This document shows, one piece after another, positions 1 to 9,347 of a DNA stretch of 23,832 bases; position 1 is the stretch's first letter, and the number at the start of each line of letters is the position of its first letter. The stretch lies in contig JAFGGO010000132.1 in the NCBI GenBank assembly GCA_016930515.1, positions 1 to 23,832 of the forward strand, written 5' to 3'. This DNA is from Promethearchaeota archaeon. Lineage in GTDB: Archaea > Asgardarchaeota > Lokiarchaeia > Sigyniarchaeales > SOKP01. The position numbers and the translations under genes were made by a program. The notes beneath the pieces are model-generated. The model was not told the DNA's origin, did not search any database, and saw only the letters and a program-made list of their open reading frames with translations.

Positions 1-109
1 ATAGAATAAAAATATACTTCAAAATATTAAATCCTATAATAAACTTAAATCTTAATTACTAAGAAAGTATTAGTGAAATTAATTAATATTTTAAAATTGT
101 TTTGAAATC

Positions 110-625
110 ATGCCTTGGGTAGATGCTACGAAGAAATTTTATATTAAATATTTTGGAGAAATCGACTTGGAATCCGTTGGAGAGCATCTTGACACGGAAA
201 TTGTTATAGATGGTAGGAGAGTATCCGTAGATATAAATTTTAACAAGAAAAAAAGTCTAAATTTACGAGTTTTAGAAGTGATTCAGGACGTCCTCGCAAG
301 CCTAGACGAAGTTATGAAAATGAATGATAACGCAATTAAAAACGACTTTGAAAATGGCGGTGAAGTGAAATTTTATGTCGATTTCCACTTGGAAGAATTT
401 GAGGAATCGGAGCTCAGAGAAATTTTAGGAAATCCTGACGAAAATATTGCCAAAGAAATTCAAATTTTATCCAAGTTAAAATTAGTTCGGATTGGTTTTT
501 ATCCAGAGGAAAACTCGAGTTTTGTTGTAATGGATTATACCATTAGTAAAACGCACACAGACGAACTTGTTGTTATAAAGCTCGATAGAAACAAAAATAT
601 AGAAGAAATAGTTATAGAAAGCTAA
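110..625 (+). CDS. DUF2004-family protein (putative polymorphic-toxin immunity-like protein)
   Basis: 171-aa acidic ORF. N-terminal YFGEID and C-terminal LVRIGFYP...DYTI...TDELVVIKLD...IVIES resemble DUF2004 proteins (recognised by eye). Confidence 0.65.
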   Translation: MPWVDATKKFYIKYFGEIDLESVGEHLDTEIVIDGRRVSVDINFNKKKSLNLRVLEVIQDVLASLDEVMKMNDNAIKNDFENGGEVKFYVDFHLEEFEESELREILGNPDENIAKEIQILSKLKLVRIGFYPEENSSFVVMDYTISKTHTDELVVIKLDRNKNIEEIVIES

Positions 626-663
626 AATATAATATATTCAACACATAAAATGGGTACAAGAAG

Positions 664-1338
664 ATGAAGGATAATATCAAGAGTGTAATTAATTACAACG
701 AGGTGCTTGAGACTGATTCGTGGAATTCAATAAAAATGTTCAAAATCAACGCGGGAAAGGCGATCCTGCCAACTGGCAAAATTGTAGTTGGCGATCCGTT
801 TTTAATTTATCGAAAAAAACCACTTAAAAAAAGCATATTACCCGGGGAGTATGATATCGAATTATCTTTCATAGATCATCCCACTGCAGGAAAGAGAGTT
901 GCATTTGCTCGATTAATCATTAACCACGATAAAGCAAAATACTGGGAACTTGCTTTAATGGGAGAAGAAGACCTTGAAAGTGTGAAAGAAGGAGAGTTTT
1001 TTGGCTTTCCAGTTGACGCAGGATTGGCTTGTTTCGTGGATTATCAAACCTGCGAGGAATTTAATCAAGCGATGGATAAATTAGAAGAGAGAATTAAGAA
1101 TTCTAACTACTACGACGATGTTTTAGCAGCAGAATTTAAAGACAATTGTTTCGATAAAGAAGATCCCAAAGATATAGGAGACTGGGTAAATCACAGGTTT
1201 GATCCAGAAAAGAATCAAAACATAGTCATCTTTTCTTCGGGATTTGGGGATGGCATATACCCTGTATATTGGGGGGTTGACGAAAACGAGCAATTAACGA
1301 GCCTGCTCATCGACTTTCTAACCTTAGATCTTGAATGA
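664..1338 (+). CDS. DUF4241-family protein (putative immunity-like protein)
   Basis: Motifs PTGKIVVGDP, PGEY, RVAFARL, FGFPVDAGLACFVD and FSSGFGDGIYPVYWG...LLIDF are characteristic of DUF4241. Confidence 0.8.
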   Translation: MKDNIKSVINYNEVLETDSWNSIKMFKINAGKAILPTGKIVVGDPFLIYRKKPLKKSILPGEYDIELSFIDHPTAGKRVAFARLIINHDKAKYWELALMGEEDLESVKEGEFFGFPVDAGLACFVDYQTCEEFNQAMDKLEERIKNSNYYDDVLAAEFKDNCFDKEDPKDIGDWVNHRFDPEKNQNIVIFSSGFGDGIYPVYWGVDENEQLTSLLIDFLTLDLE

Positions 1339-1378
1339 CTTATCATTAAAACCCTGTTAAAAAGATAACAAATCAACG

Positions 1379-2242
1379 ATGAATTTCTCACATTACGATT
1401 TTAAATACATCGATTCTCATTCTCATTTTTTCCCACCTCGAATGTTCCAATCCGTTTGGCGGTATTTCGAGGCTCCTGATGGTGACGGAAAACCTAGGAA
1501 TTGGCCGGTTTTTTACAAGCTCGACACCGATGCTTTGGTACAATGCTTGGCTTCTTTTAATGTAAAGAGATTTACTACATATAATTACGCTCACAAAAAA
1601 GGAATCGCGCGATTCATGAACGACTGGACCTATCAATTTGCGAGCGAATACAAGCAAGCCATTCCGTTTGGAAGCGTTTGGCCGGAAGACGAGGACAGGG
1701 TTGAATATATTTCGAAAGCGCTCGATGAATACGGGTTTTACGGCATAAAGATACAACCGCTCGTTCAGAATTTCTACCCCGCCGATCCGCGCATGACCCC
1801 CATCTACGATTTAATTCTTGAAAAAAACAAGTGGATTTGCATGCATGCGGGTACGGCTCCTTATCGGAACCAATATGTGGGATACAAGCATTTCGTCGAG
1901 TTTCTTAAAAAGTATCCCGACATCAAGGTAATAATAGCCCACATGGGTGCGTTTGAATATAAGAAATTTCTTGCTTTATTGGATACGCACGAAAACATGT
2001 ACCTCGATACGACGATGATTTACGTTCCCAACAACATTTTCCCTGAACGAAAGTCGAAGCGCCCGAAAGCAGAAGATTTGTTATCCTACCAGGATAGAAT
2101 CCTCTTTGGAACCGATTTTCCAAACATACCTTACAAATACGAGAATTCCACTCGAGGTCTTCTAGAAATGAATTTACCACGGGACTTTTACGAGAAGATT
2201 TTTTACAAGAATGCTGAATCGGTTTTTAACTTACCACGATAG
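1379..2242 (+). CDS. Amidohydrolase family protein (Amidohydro_2, TIM barrel)
   Basis: IDSHSH metal motif, GIKIQP, MHAG, IIAHMG, YLDT and ILFGTDFP. Confidence 0.9.
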   Translation: MNFSHYDFKYIDSHSHFFPPRMFQSVWRYFEAPDGDGKPRNWPVFYKLDTDALVQCLASFNVKRFTTYNYAHKKGIARFMNDWTYQFASEYKQAIPFGSVWPEDEDRVEYISKALDEYGFYGIKIQPLVQNFYPADPRMTPIYDLILEKNKWICMHAGTAPYRNQYVGYKHFVEFLKKYPDIKVIIAHMGAFEYKKFLALLDTHENMYLDTTMIYVPNNIFPERKSKRPKAEDLLSYQDRILFGTDFPNIPYKYENSTRGLLEMNLPRDFYEKIFYKNAESVFNLPR

Positions 2243-2336
2243 GATTGGCCTTGAAATAAATCTATTATCAAATGCTATATTATTTCACATAATCAATATT
2301 ATATTAAACTAATATCAAGTAAAATATCAACATGAA

Positions 2337-2834
2337 TTGACAATGATGAAAAAGGTAAGCAAGGACGATAAGTTATTTTATTTCGAAAAGCATTTTTTTA
2401 CCTTGGACGGTCTCTGGATGATCGAAGCGGAAAACGAGGTGGGGTGGGACAAGGCGCTCAAGATCGATTTGGAAGTCTGGATCAAGTTGCTTCGAATAAT
2501 AATACGCCGATTAAAGAAGTATTTAAAAATTCAATCGAACGGTTTGAAAGACTTGATGGAAATCTTGACCTTCAGGTGGAGCGTGGAGGGTTGGACTTAC
2601 GAAATTATCAAGTGTAACCAAGAAGAAGCCAAGGTTATCGTAAATGCGTGTCCATATAAGTCAATCATGGATAGGAATCCCGAACGACACGAGAAGATCG
2701 AACTCATCTGTAAAAACATGTGCATTCCTTTTTATCAAGCGATTGTAAAAGAATTTAACCCAAATATAAAGGTAGAGCGATCGAAATACATGGGACTGGG
2801 CGATTCTGAGTGTGATTTTACTTTCAAGGAGTAA
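2337..2834 (+). CDS. DUF6125 / ATC-hydrolase-like (V4R-like fold) Cys-motif protein
   Basis: DGLW...E..GWDKALKIDLEVW N-terminus, followed by CPY, ICKNMC and a C-terminal C-D-F. The track uses a TTG start; in-frame ATGs at 2343 and 2346 are more likely. Confidence 0.65.
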   Translation: MTMMKKVSKDDKLFYFEKHFFTLDGLWMIEAENEVGWDKALKIDLEVWIKLLRIIIRRLKKYLKIQSNGLKDLMEILTFRWSVEGWTYEIIKCNQEEAKVIVNACPYKSIMDRNPERHEKIELICKNMCIPFYQAIVKEFNPNIKVERSKYMGLGDSECDFTFKE

Positions 2835-2839
2835 AATAA

Positions 2840-3247
2840 ATGGAGAGCTCGAATGAAAATGTTTCTAAATGGAAAGTAAAAGATAAGATCTTTCTCGTTC
2901 TGAGTATTGTTGTAGGTTTCCTAATTTTTTTTTTTTCTTCGCTTCCAAATCCCTTGCCTGCAACAATGGTCGAACCCTGTTTGGTAATCTCGCTTTCCAA
3001 TACATTGCATTTTCTTGAATTTGCAGCTCTATCCTTTTGTTTGGTGCTTGGACTCGAAAAAAAGATTAAAGGAGAAATTATTCTGATTATTGCTGTAGCT
3101 TGGGCGATTATTGACGAGGTTCACCAGATTTTCGTCCCTAATCGATATTTTGATGTCCTTGACCTAATTATTGACGCTATCGGAATTCTTACTGGATTTA
3201 GCGTTTATTTCATATTAAAAAAACTAATTGTAAAAATCAAACAATAA
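2840..3247 (+). CDS. VanZ-like membrane protein
   Basis: LHFLEFA, IDEVHQIFVPNR and DVLDLIIDAIG motifs with about 4 hydrophobic segments. Confidence 0.9.
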   Translation: MESSNENVSKWKVKDKIFLVLSIVVGFLIFFFSSLPNPLPATMVEPCLVISLSNTLHFLEFAALSFCLVLGLEKKIKGEIILIIAVAWAIIDEVHQIFVPNRYFDVLDLIIDAIGILTGFSVYFILKKLIVKIKQ

Positions 3248-3298
3248 TACCAGCACATAATAGCGAATATTCCATAATAATAACGCGATTGGTGGGAT

Positions 3299-4486
3299 TC
3301 AATCCTTTTTTTTAGGAAATCCGCGCTCGTAGCACCGAATGGGAAGATCGTTGGAAACTGCAGCAAGGCACCGGTTACATGAGATGCAAGCACCTTCGAT
3401 CTTTATATATGGTCGGCTCTGAGATACAAAACGTATCCTTTCGTTTTGTTGAACGATCTGTTTCATGGTTGCCTGCTTGCGGAGTCCGCCAACTAAAATG
3501 ATTGGAATGTTCTTAACGCTGTCTGCAACGACTTTAGCTCCTTCTAGGTTATAAGCCTCCTCAAAATCGAACTTTCCCACCATTTTATTAAATTTTTCTT
3601 CGATTGCAGGTCTGAATTTTTCTGGCTGTGCTTGAACGATCTCATTTACAGGAACCTCGCCCCGACACATGTTAAAAACGGAATGGCTCACGGTCCCTCC
3701 CGATATTTCTATGGCGTCAACTCCAAGCTTTTCCAGCCATCTAGCATAAATCGCGGTTAATCTTGGAGTGATTCCTTTCGGTAACCAATCGCATTGGTTT
3801 AATTTAACGATGAGAGGAAAGCGGGGCAATTCTTTCCTAATGGAAACGATTATCTCCTTGAGAAACCTAAATCGATTCTCATCCGAACCGCCCCATTCGT
3901 CGTATCTATGATTGAAAAAAGGAGAGAGAAATTGACTGACAAGATATCCGTGTGCCGCGTGAATTTGGATCGCATCCGCTTCTGCTTCAAATGCACGCAA
4001 GGCCGCTATTCTAAACGCGTCAATAACCTCAAGAATTTCTTCGTGACTCATTTCTTTTGGTTTTTTCAAGGTATAAGGGTTTACCACATTATTAGAAGGA
4101 GCTAACGGCGTGGTACCGATCATGCGAGAAGATGTCGACATTCCAGCGTGAGATAACTGGAAGGCCACCCTTGACCTCTCATTATAGTGTACTCTCTCAC
4201 CATATTGAACGGTATTAGCGAGTTTTATTAATCCTGGGATGAGTGTGTCCTTGTATATGCCAGTTTGATGAGAAGCGGCTTTTCCTAAAGGATGCACATA
4301 CATATGTCCCGTGATGATTAAACCCGCGCCATCTGCAATTTTATCGTATAGTTTTATTAAAGCTTGAGTAACTTCCCCTTTATTGCTAGCAATGCCCTCA
4401 TAAGTCGCCGATCGGACGAAACGATCAAAAAGAGTCATGCTACCAATTTTCTCTTTATCATACAATGTACGCGTTTCATACATCAT
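3299..4486 (-). CDS. NADH:flavin oxidoreductase (Old Yellow Enzyme-like family)
   Basis: RFVRSATYE, QLSHAG, IQIHAAHGYLVSQFLSP, R-DEWGGS-ENRFR, IILVGGLR and a C-terminal CISCNRC. Confidence 0.93.
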   Translation of the reverse strand: MMYETRTLYDKEKIGSMTLFDRFVRSATYEGIASNKGEVTQALIKLYDKIADGAGLIITGHMYVHPLGKAASHQTGIYKDTLIPGLIKLANTVQYGERVHYNERSRVAFQLSHAGMSTSSRMIGTTPLAPSNNVVNPYTLKKPKEMSHEEILEVIDAFRIAALRAFEAEADAIQIHAAHGYLVSQFLSPFFNHRYDEWGGSDENRFRFLKEIIVSIRKELPRFPLIVKLNQCDWLPKGITPRLTAIYARWLEKLGVDAIEISGGTVSHSVFNMCRGEVPVNEIVQAQPEKFRPAIEEKFNKMVGKFDFEEAYNLEGAKVVADSVKNIPIILVGGLRKQATMKQIVQQNERIRFVSQSRPYIKIEGACISCNRCLAAVSNDLPIRCYERGFPKKKD

Positions 4487-4612
4487 TATTCAATTCTTAT
4501 AATTTTTACTCAATTTTAATTAAACTTGAATATTATTATTCGGATTACTATAATTTATAATAGGTTTTTGAAATTATGGTTTTTTAAAGTCTTTTTAAAT
4601 TGCTTTTAATAA

Positions 4613-5507
4613 TTAATGATTTCCATCCATTTTCTTTAATGATTCTTCTATAGTGTTTCTATATTTTTCGGGTTGCGCTTGAGCGATTTCCGAGGCGGGA
4701 ACATTTCCCCGACACATATTAAATACGGAATGACTCACTATTCCAGCAGACAGTTCTATAGCGTCAACTCCAAGTTCTTCCAACCACTTGGCATGGGTTG
4801 CGGCCAATTTTGGCGTGATTCCTCTTGGTAACCCATCACTTGCGTTTAGCTTAACGATGAGGGGTTTGTTATTAGGAAGAACTTTTTTTAGCGATACAAC
4901 GATCTCCTTGAGTAGCCGGAATCGATTCTCGTCCGAACCAGCCCACTCGTCGTGTCGATGGTTAAAAAAGGGGGAGAGGAACCGACTGAGGAGATAACCG
5001 TGTGCGGAGTGAATTTGAATAGCTTTTACGTGAGCTTTTACGGCACGTGATGCGGCCTTGGTACACGAGTCGATGACATCCAAAATGTCTTTTTCGTTCA
5101 TTTCTTTCGGTGCGCTCGAGGAATAGGGATTTGCCACGTTACCTGAAGGTGCTAAAGGTGTAGTTCCAATAAGGCGTCTAGAAGTCGACATGCCCGCATG
5201 AGAGAGTTGAAATGCGATGTCTCCCCGTACACTTGTAACGGCCTTAATTAATTCCTTCAATCCAGGGAGAAGGGCATCGTCGTAAATGCCGATTTGATGG
5301 GGGTGCTGCTTTTTCTAAAGGAGGTATGAACATATATCCCTGAGAGATTAATCCCACTTCCCCTCTCGCAAGCGTTTTTTGAACGCTGATTAATGCGTTG
5401 GAAACCTCTCCGTTCTCTTTTGCCCTTCCTTGATATGTTGCCGAGCGAACAAACCGGTTTTTTACTTCCATGCTTCCAATCTTATTTTTCGTGAATAATA
5501 TCGAAAT
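4613..5507 (-). pseudogene. Degenerate tandem paralog of the NADH:flavin oxidoreductase
   Basis: ORFs 5244..5531 and 4613..5260 join if one base is removed from the G5 run at 5299-5303 (AAP-HQIGIYDDALLPGLKELIK, versus AASHQTGIYKDTLIPGLIKLAN in the neighbour). Similarity ends at KKMDG, about 90 aa short of the neighbour's C-terminus. An ATT at 5507 lies just after a GGGTGA SD-like motif where an ATG is expected. Confidence 0.9.
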
Positions 5508-5806
5508 TTTTCTCACCCTAAAGCGTCTCAAAAAATAGTTTTATTGTTGTAAACTGAATTAGAAAGTATTGCGTTTATAAAAAATTCCTCTATTGATGTT
5601 ATTTTATCGTATTAAATTTGAAACCTTGTTCATTTCGAATTCCCTTTTAAATTAGTTATTGAAAATTTAAATCAAGAAAGATTGAAACCAATAGATTCCC
5701 ATTTTCATATCAAAATATCGTAATAAATTATTCCACTTTTATGCCACGTATATTTATATTACTTGCCATTTGTGATAAATTTAACACACATATTCTCAAG
5801 ATTAAA

Positions 5807-7582
5807 ATGATAAAAAATAAAATTAGAACATTAATTATCGCATTTCTTAGCTTCTGCGTGATCTTTCTTTCAATCGGTTCGAATGTACGAGCAACCTCCT
5901 CCGTCGAGACGCATTACTATGGAGATACTACTCCAGATAACTACCGGGGAGTATTTAACAACTCTGCAACGGACTTCCAAAACTTGGTGGTTGGATTTGG
6001 AGACTTAGGAGATGATATGCTTTTAACGGGAATCGGTTATTATTATAATACAACGAAAGGGACGGGAACATACTCCATGGGAATGGTACTTACCCAGGGT
6101 GCCGGCCTACCGAATGTAATTTACGCCGATTACGACATACCTGCGCAACTTTCCCCGGGTAAACGATATTATAGAGCGTCAGGAGGACCTTACCTTATCG
6201 ACAATAATCCAAGCGTTTTATTGCTCTCTTACAACGATTCAGTGGATTGCATATCAATTTGCGTCGATACTTCAATTACAAATTTCCATTCTGCATATGA
6301 TGTAGGACCGGTACCTTATGACACTTGGATCGCAGAAGTGGGTGAGTATATGATAGATCTCTTTTACGAGCCAATTGAAGACCTTTCTGAAAATACCGTC
6401 TTAACTGGAAGTTTTACATCCACCGATTATGTTGACGCCTATTATGTAAACTTGACTGCCGGAACCGAATACGAGTTTTGTCTTGACACAAACTCGGGAA
6501 ACGCTAATATGAGGTTGTGTAACAACGATTCTGTTGTTGGAAGTGTCTCGCTTGCGTCCAACATTGGAACAAGCACCGATCCCGAATACATGACATACAC
6601 GCCATCGACCACCGACACTTATGTATTATTGGTTGAACCGGGAACGGCCGGTATCGATATTACAGATTATTACATTGAGCTATATTGCGCGAACCCCACG
6701 GCAAGTTTTAGCGCGAACGCAACCGACATTGTAGAATCGCAATGGGTCCAGTTTACTTATAATGGTTCTGGTGGAAATAGACCTTTGACTTACTTATGGG
6801 ATTTTGGCGATAGTTTTACCGCAACGGGCCCTGCAGTCACACACCAATACATGATTGGGGGAACATACGATGTAAACCTGACCGTCATAGACAATAGTGG
6901 AGACAACGACACGTCAATTCAATCAATTAATGTCGCAAACTCAATTCCAACAGCAAGTTTTAGCGCGAACGTAACTACTATCGTGGAATCGCAATGGATC
7001 CAGTTTACTTATACGGGTACCGGCGGTACGATACCTATAACATGCTTATGGGATTTTGGTGATGGCACGAATACAACGGGGCCAACAGTATCGCATCAAT
7101 ACTTGACAGCAGGTACTTACGATGTCAATCTAACCGTGATAGATGGTAACGGAGACAACGACACTGTAATTTTATCAATTGAAGTTCAAGAGGACTTGGA
7201 ACCAATAGCAGATTTCGAAGCGGACCGATTAGTGATTGAAGTTTCAGAATCGATCACCTTTAGTTTCATCGGCTCAGAAGGGAACGGTATAGCGAGTTAT
7301 TTATGGACCTTTGGGGACGGAGAGACATCAACGGACGCGAACCCTACCCATACATATACAACAGTAGGGAATTACACAGTAACCCTCTCGATCGTGGATT
7401 CGGACGGAGATCAAGACACGGAAACGAAGACAGATTATATTGAGGTAATATCCACAGAATCTGAAACAGAGGATACTGTTCCAGGATATGATCTTTTCAT
7501 GGTATTCGGATTGATCAGTTTGGTTTCGTTTATCGCATTATACTCGATAATCCGCAAGCGACATGATATAAATATTCTTTAA
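5807..7582 (+). CDS. Cell-surface glycoprotein with PPC-like domain, three PKD domains and a Loki-CTERM-like anchor
   Basis: Signal-peptide-like MIKNKIRTLIIAFLSFCVIFLSIG, so ATG 5807 is preferred over 5741. Contains a PPC-like DAYYVNLTAGTEY...YVLLV segment, three WDFGD/WTFGD PKD motifs, many NxS/T sequons, and a C-terminal VPGY + TM + RKR. Confidence 0.85.
   Translation: MIKNKIRTLIIAFLSFCVIFLSIGSNVRATSSVETHYYGDTTPDNYRGVFNNSATDFQNLVVGFGDLGDDMLLTGIGYYYNTTKGTGTYSMGMVLTQGAGLPNVIYADYDIPAQLSPGKRYYRASGGPYLIDNNPSVLLLSYNDSVDCISICVDTSITNFHSAYDVGPVPYDTWIAEVGEYMIDLFYEPIEDLSENTVLTGSFTSTDYVDAYYVNLTAGTEYEFCLDTNSGNANMRLCNNDSVVGSVSLASNIGTSTDPEYMTYTPSTTDTYVLLVEPGTAGIDITDYYIELYCANPTASFSANATDIVESQWVQFTYNGSGGNRPLTYLWDFGDSFTATGPAVTHQYMIGGTYDVNLTVIDNSGDNDTSIQSINVANSIPTASFSANVTTIVESQWIQFTYTGTGGTIPITCLWDFGDGTNTTGPTVSHQYLTAGTYDVNLTVIDGNGDNDTVILSIEVQEDLEPIADFEADRLVIEVSESITFSFIGSEGNGIASYLWTFGDGETSTDANPTHTYTTVGNYTVTLSIVDSDGDQDTETKTDYIEVISTESETEDTVPGYDLFMVFGLISLVSFIALYSIIRKRHDINIL
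6695..7180 (+). repeat. Intragenic tandem duplication of a PKD domain (252-bp period)
   Basis: gcaagttttagcgcgaacg occurs at 6701 and 6953. Other shared blocks are gaatcgcaatgg, ccagtttacttata, cttatgggattttgg and ggagacaacgacac. Confidence 0.9.
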
Positions 7583-7592
7583 TTTTTTTTTT
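7583..7592 (+). terminator. Archaeal-type oligo-T terminator
   Basis: T10 run immediately after the TAA stop of the PKD gene. Confidence 0.55.
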
Positions 7593-8020
7593 ATTTAGAA
7601 TAACAGATTTAAGGAATATCCATTTTCAACAAATATTACTTATTTTAATTGTTATTATAGCTAATCAATAGAATTGATCTTCAGAAATGAACCAAATTCT
7701 AAAAAAGATTGAGATATTAGGCATGTATCTTATTCAGGGGATTATTAGCAATCTTTAAGGATTAATTTCTTGTATTTATATTTTTAATTAAAATTCAATA
7801 AATATTTGACGATAAATTCTCAATTCCTCTACAAATTACATTCGAATTTAACATTTGAGATTTTCATACTTCAATCGCTAACAATGTTCTTTTAAATGTG
7901 ACTTCAAAAAATCATCCTTATACAACTTTTGAAAAAAAATAATTTTAACAGCAATTTAAGTAATTACTATAAGAAAAAAATAAAAAAAAACTCATAAACA
8001 CTAAAAAGTAGGCAAAAAGC

Positions 8021-8264
8021 ATGATTTCAATAATCTTGATGTCTTTTATCGTATTGAGCGCCTTTTTAGGGATTTTTTAAAGTCACGATTATTAAATTAA
8101 AGAATTAATTGACAATAACATTTTAAATGTGAGTGCGGGGGAAGAAGAACACATTTCTTTATGGAATATGATCTGGGGATGAATAGAACGGCGGGATGTC
8201 TAAAATGGCCTTAGATATCTACGGAAATATTTACGCCGTAGGTGCCCATATTAAAAAAATATGA
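8021..8264 (+). pseudogene. Remnant of the 5' end of a secreted SBBP-repeat (beta-propeller) protein gene
   Basis: Three pieces broken by stops and frameshifts: MISIILMSFIVLSAFLGIF*, NILNVSAGEEEHISLWNMIWG*IERRDV* and MALDIYGNIYAVGAH. They fit a signal peptide followed by the WNxTWGG...ALDxxGNIYxxG SBBP-type repeat. Confidence 0.6.
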
Positions 8265-8311
8265 TAAAAAATAAAAATAAAAACCTAAATACTTAAAATA
8301 AGAGCAAATAA

Positions 8312-8764
8312 TCATTTAGCGATGGTTTTTTTACCGAAATACATGCTTAAAGCTCCACCGACAATCATAAGAAAGGGATCAACATATAATGTTGGAACCG
8401 TTCTTATTACATATACATAATTAAGTGGGGGGCTCGTGTCAATAATCTGGGCAGGTTGTATGATGCCAAAGTAGAAAACGATGATCCCGATAAGAACACA
8501 CAGAAATCCGCCAGTTAGTAGTTTATTTGCCTTATACCCTATAACAATACCTATTATGGCTACACAGGCTAAAAGAATGCTTGCAAAAAACGCATCAATT
8601 AACATCCCGGGTTCAATATCGAAAGATGAGAGAGATTGCCCTTCAAGATTCAAATCAGCGTCAAGTTTTAAAGCAGAAATTAACGAGACAAGTCCGGCAA
8701 TAATTAATAAAATCACTCCAATTAGAGCAATTATTGAACCGATTCTTTCCTTTTCAAATTTCAT
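8312..8764 (-). CDS. Hypothetical membrane protein (about 4 TM)
   Basis: 150-aa ORF with four hydrophobic segments. A GTGGT SD-like motif lies upstream. Confidence 0.75.
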   Translation of the reverse strand: MKFEKERIGSIIALIGVILLIIAGLVSLISALKLDADLNLEGQSLSSFDIEPGMLIDAFFASILLACVAIIGIVIGYKANKLLTGGFLCVLIGIIVFYFGIIQPAQIIDTSPPLNYVYVIRTVPTLYVDPFLMIVGGALSMYFGKKTIAK

Positions 8765-9347
8765 TTTTTTATAACCACTTTTTTATTATTTTTTCATGCT
8801 TTTTGACATAAATTTCGTTTATAAAAACAACGAAAGATACGATTAGTTTCAATAATGTAGAACTTTTAAAGCTTTCCATGTATTCCAGTGCATCCCTTCT
8901 TGTCTTCGGTTATTAGACATGAAATAAATATCTTTAACATAAAAAATAGGAATTAATCCGACTTTTTTGAGGTAATCTAGGTATTTCCGTATTAATCTGA
9001 TAGTTCTCCATTTTCGTAATCGTCATTTACAACGAAATTTTTACCGAAAATACATAAAAAATTAAATTTTTTATCAATTAGTTCTCGAATGCTGCAAACA
9101 TCGAAAAAGAGAAGTATATCCAATATTCATAAATTATTACTTGTTTAAAAGCGCAAATTATGATTATTCTATTACATTTTTTTACCTGATGGTTTTAAAT
9201 AGGCAAGAAAGCAATGGAATATTAAGACCAAAAGACAAAAAGAAGGGACAAAAATAGCAAAAAAGAGACTTTATCATAATTATTAACTTCAAATAATTTA
9301 ATTGTCCTAACAAATAAAATAATTAATAAATAAATAAAAAAGAAACC

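Noticed and set aside
1388-2180. Antisense ORFs 1388..1756 and 1923..2180
   Set aside because: They are shadows of the motif-supported amidohydrolase gene.
3205-4997. ORFs 3205..3393, 3908..4105 and 4788..4997
   Set aside because: They are alternative-frame or antisense overlaps of VanZ and the OYE genes and have no recognisable motifs.
5299-5303. Programmed ribosomal frameshift in the OYE paralog
   Set aside because: There is no canonical slippery heptamer, and the gene also has a probable lost start codon and a 3' truncation.
6695-7180. PKD repeat pair as a DGR template/variable repeat
   Set aside because: The differences are not adenine-specific, both copies are in frame in one gene, and no reverse transcriptase is present.
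8180-8182. In-frame TGA as a selenocysteine codon
   Set aside because: It sits at an expected Gly position and is followed by a TAA and a frameshift, so decay explains it better.
8849-9022. 57-codon open minus-strand frame (RLRKWRTIRLIRKYLDYLKKVGLIP...)
   Set aside because: It has no start codon near its 5' end and no recognisable family. It could be a remnant, but that is unsupported without a search.
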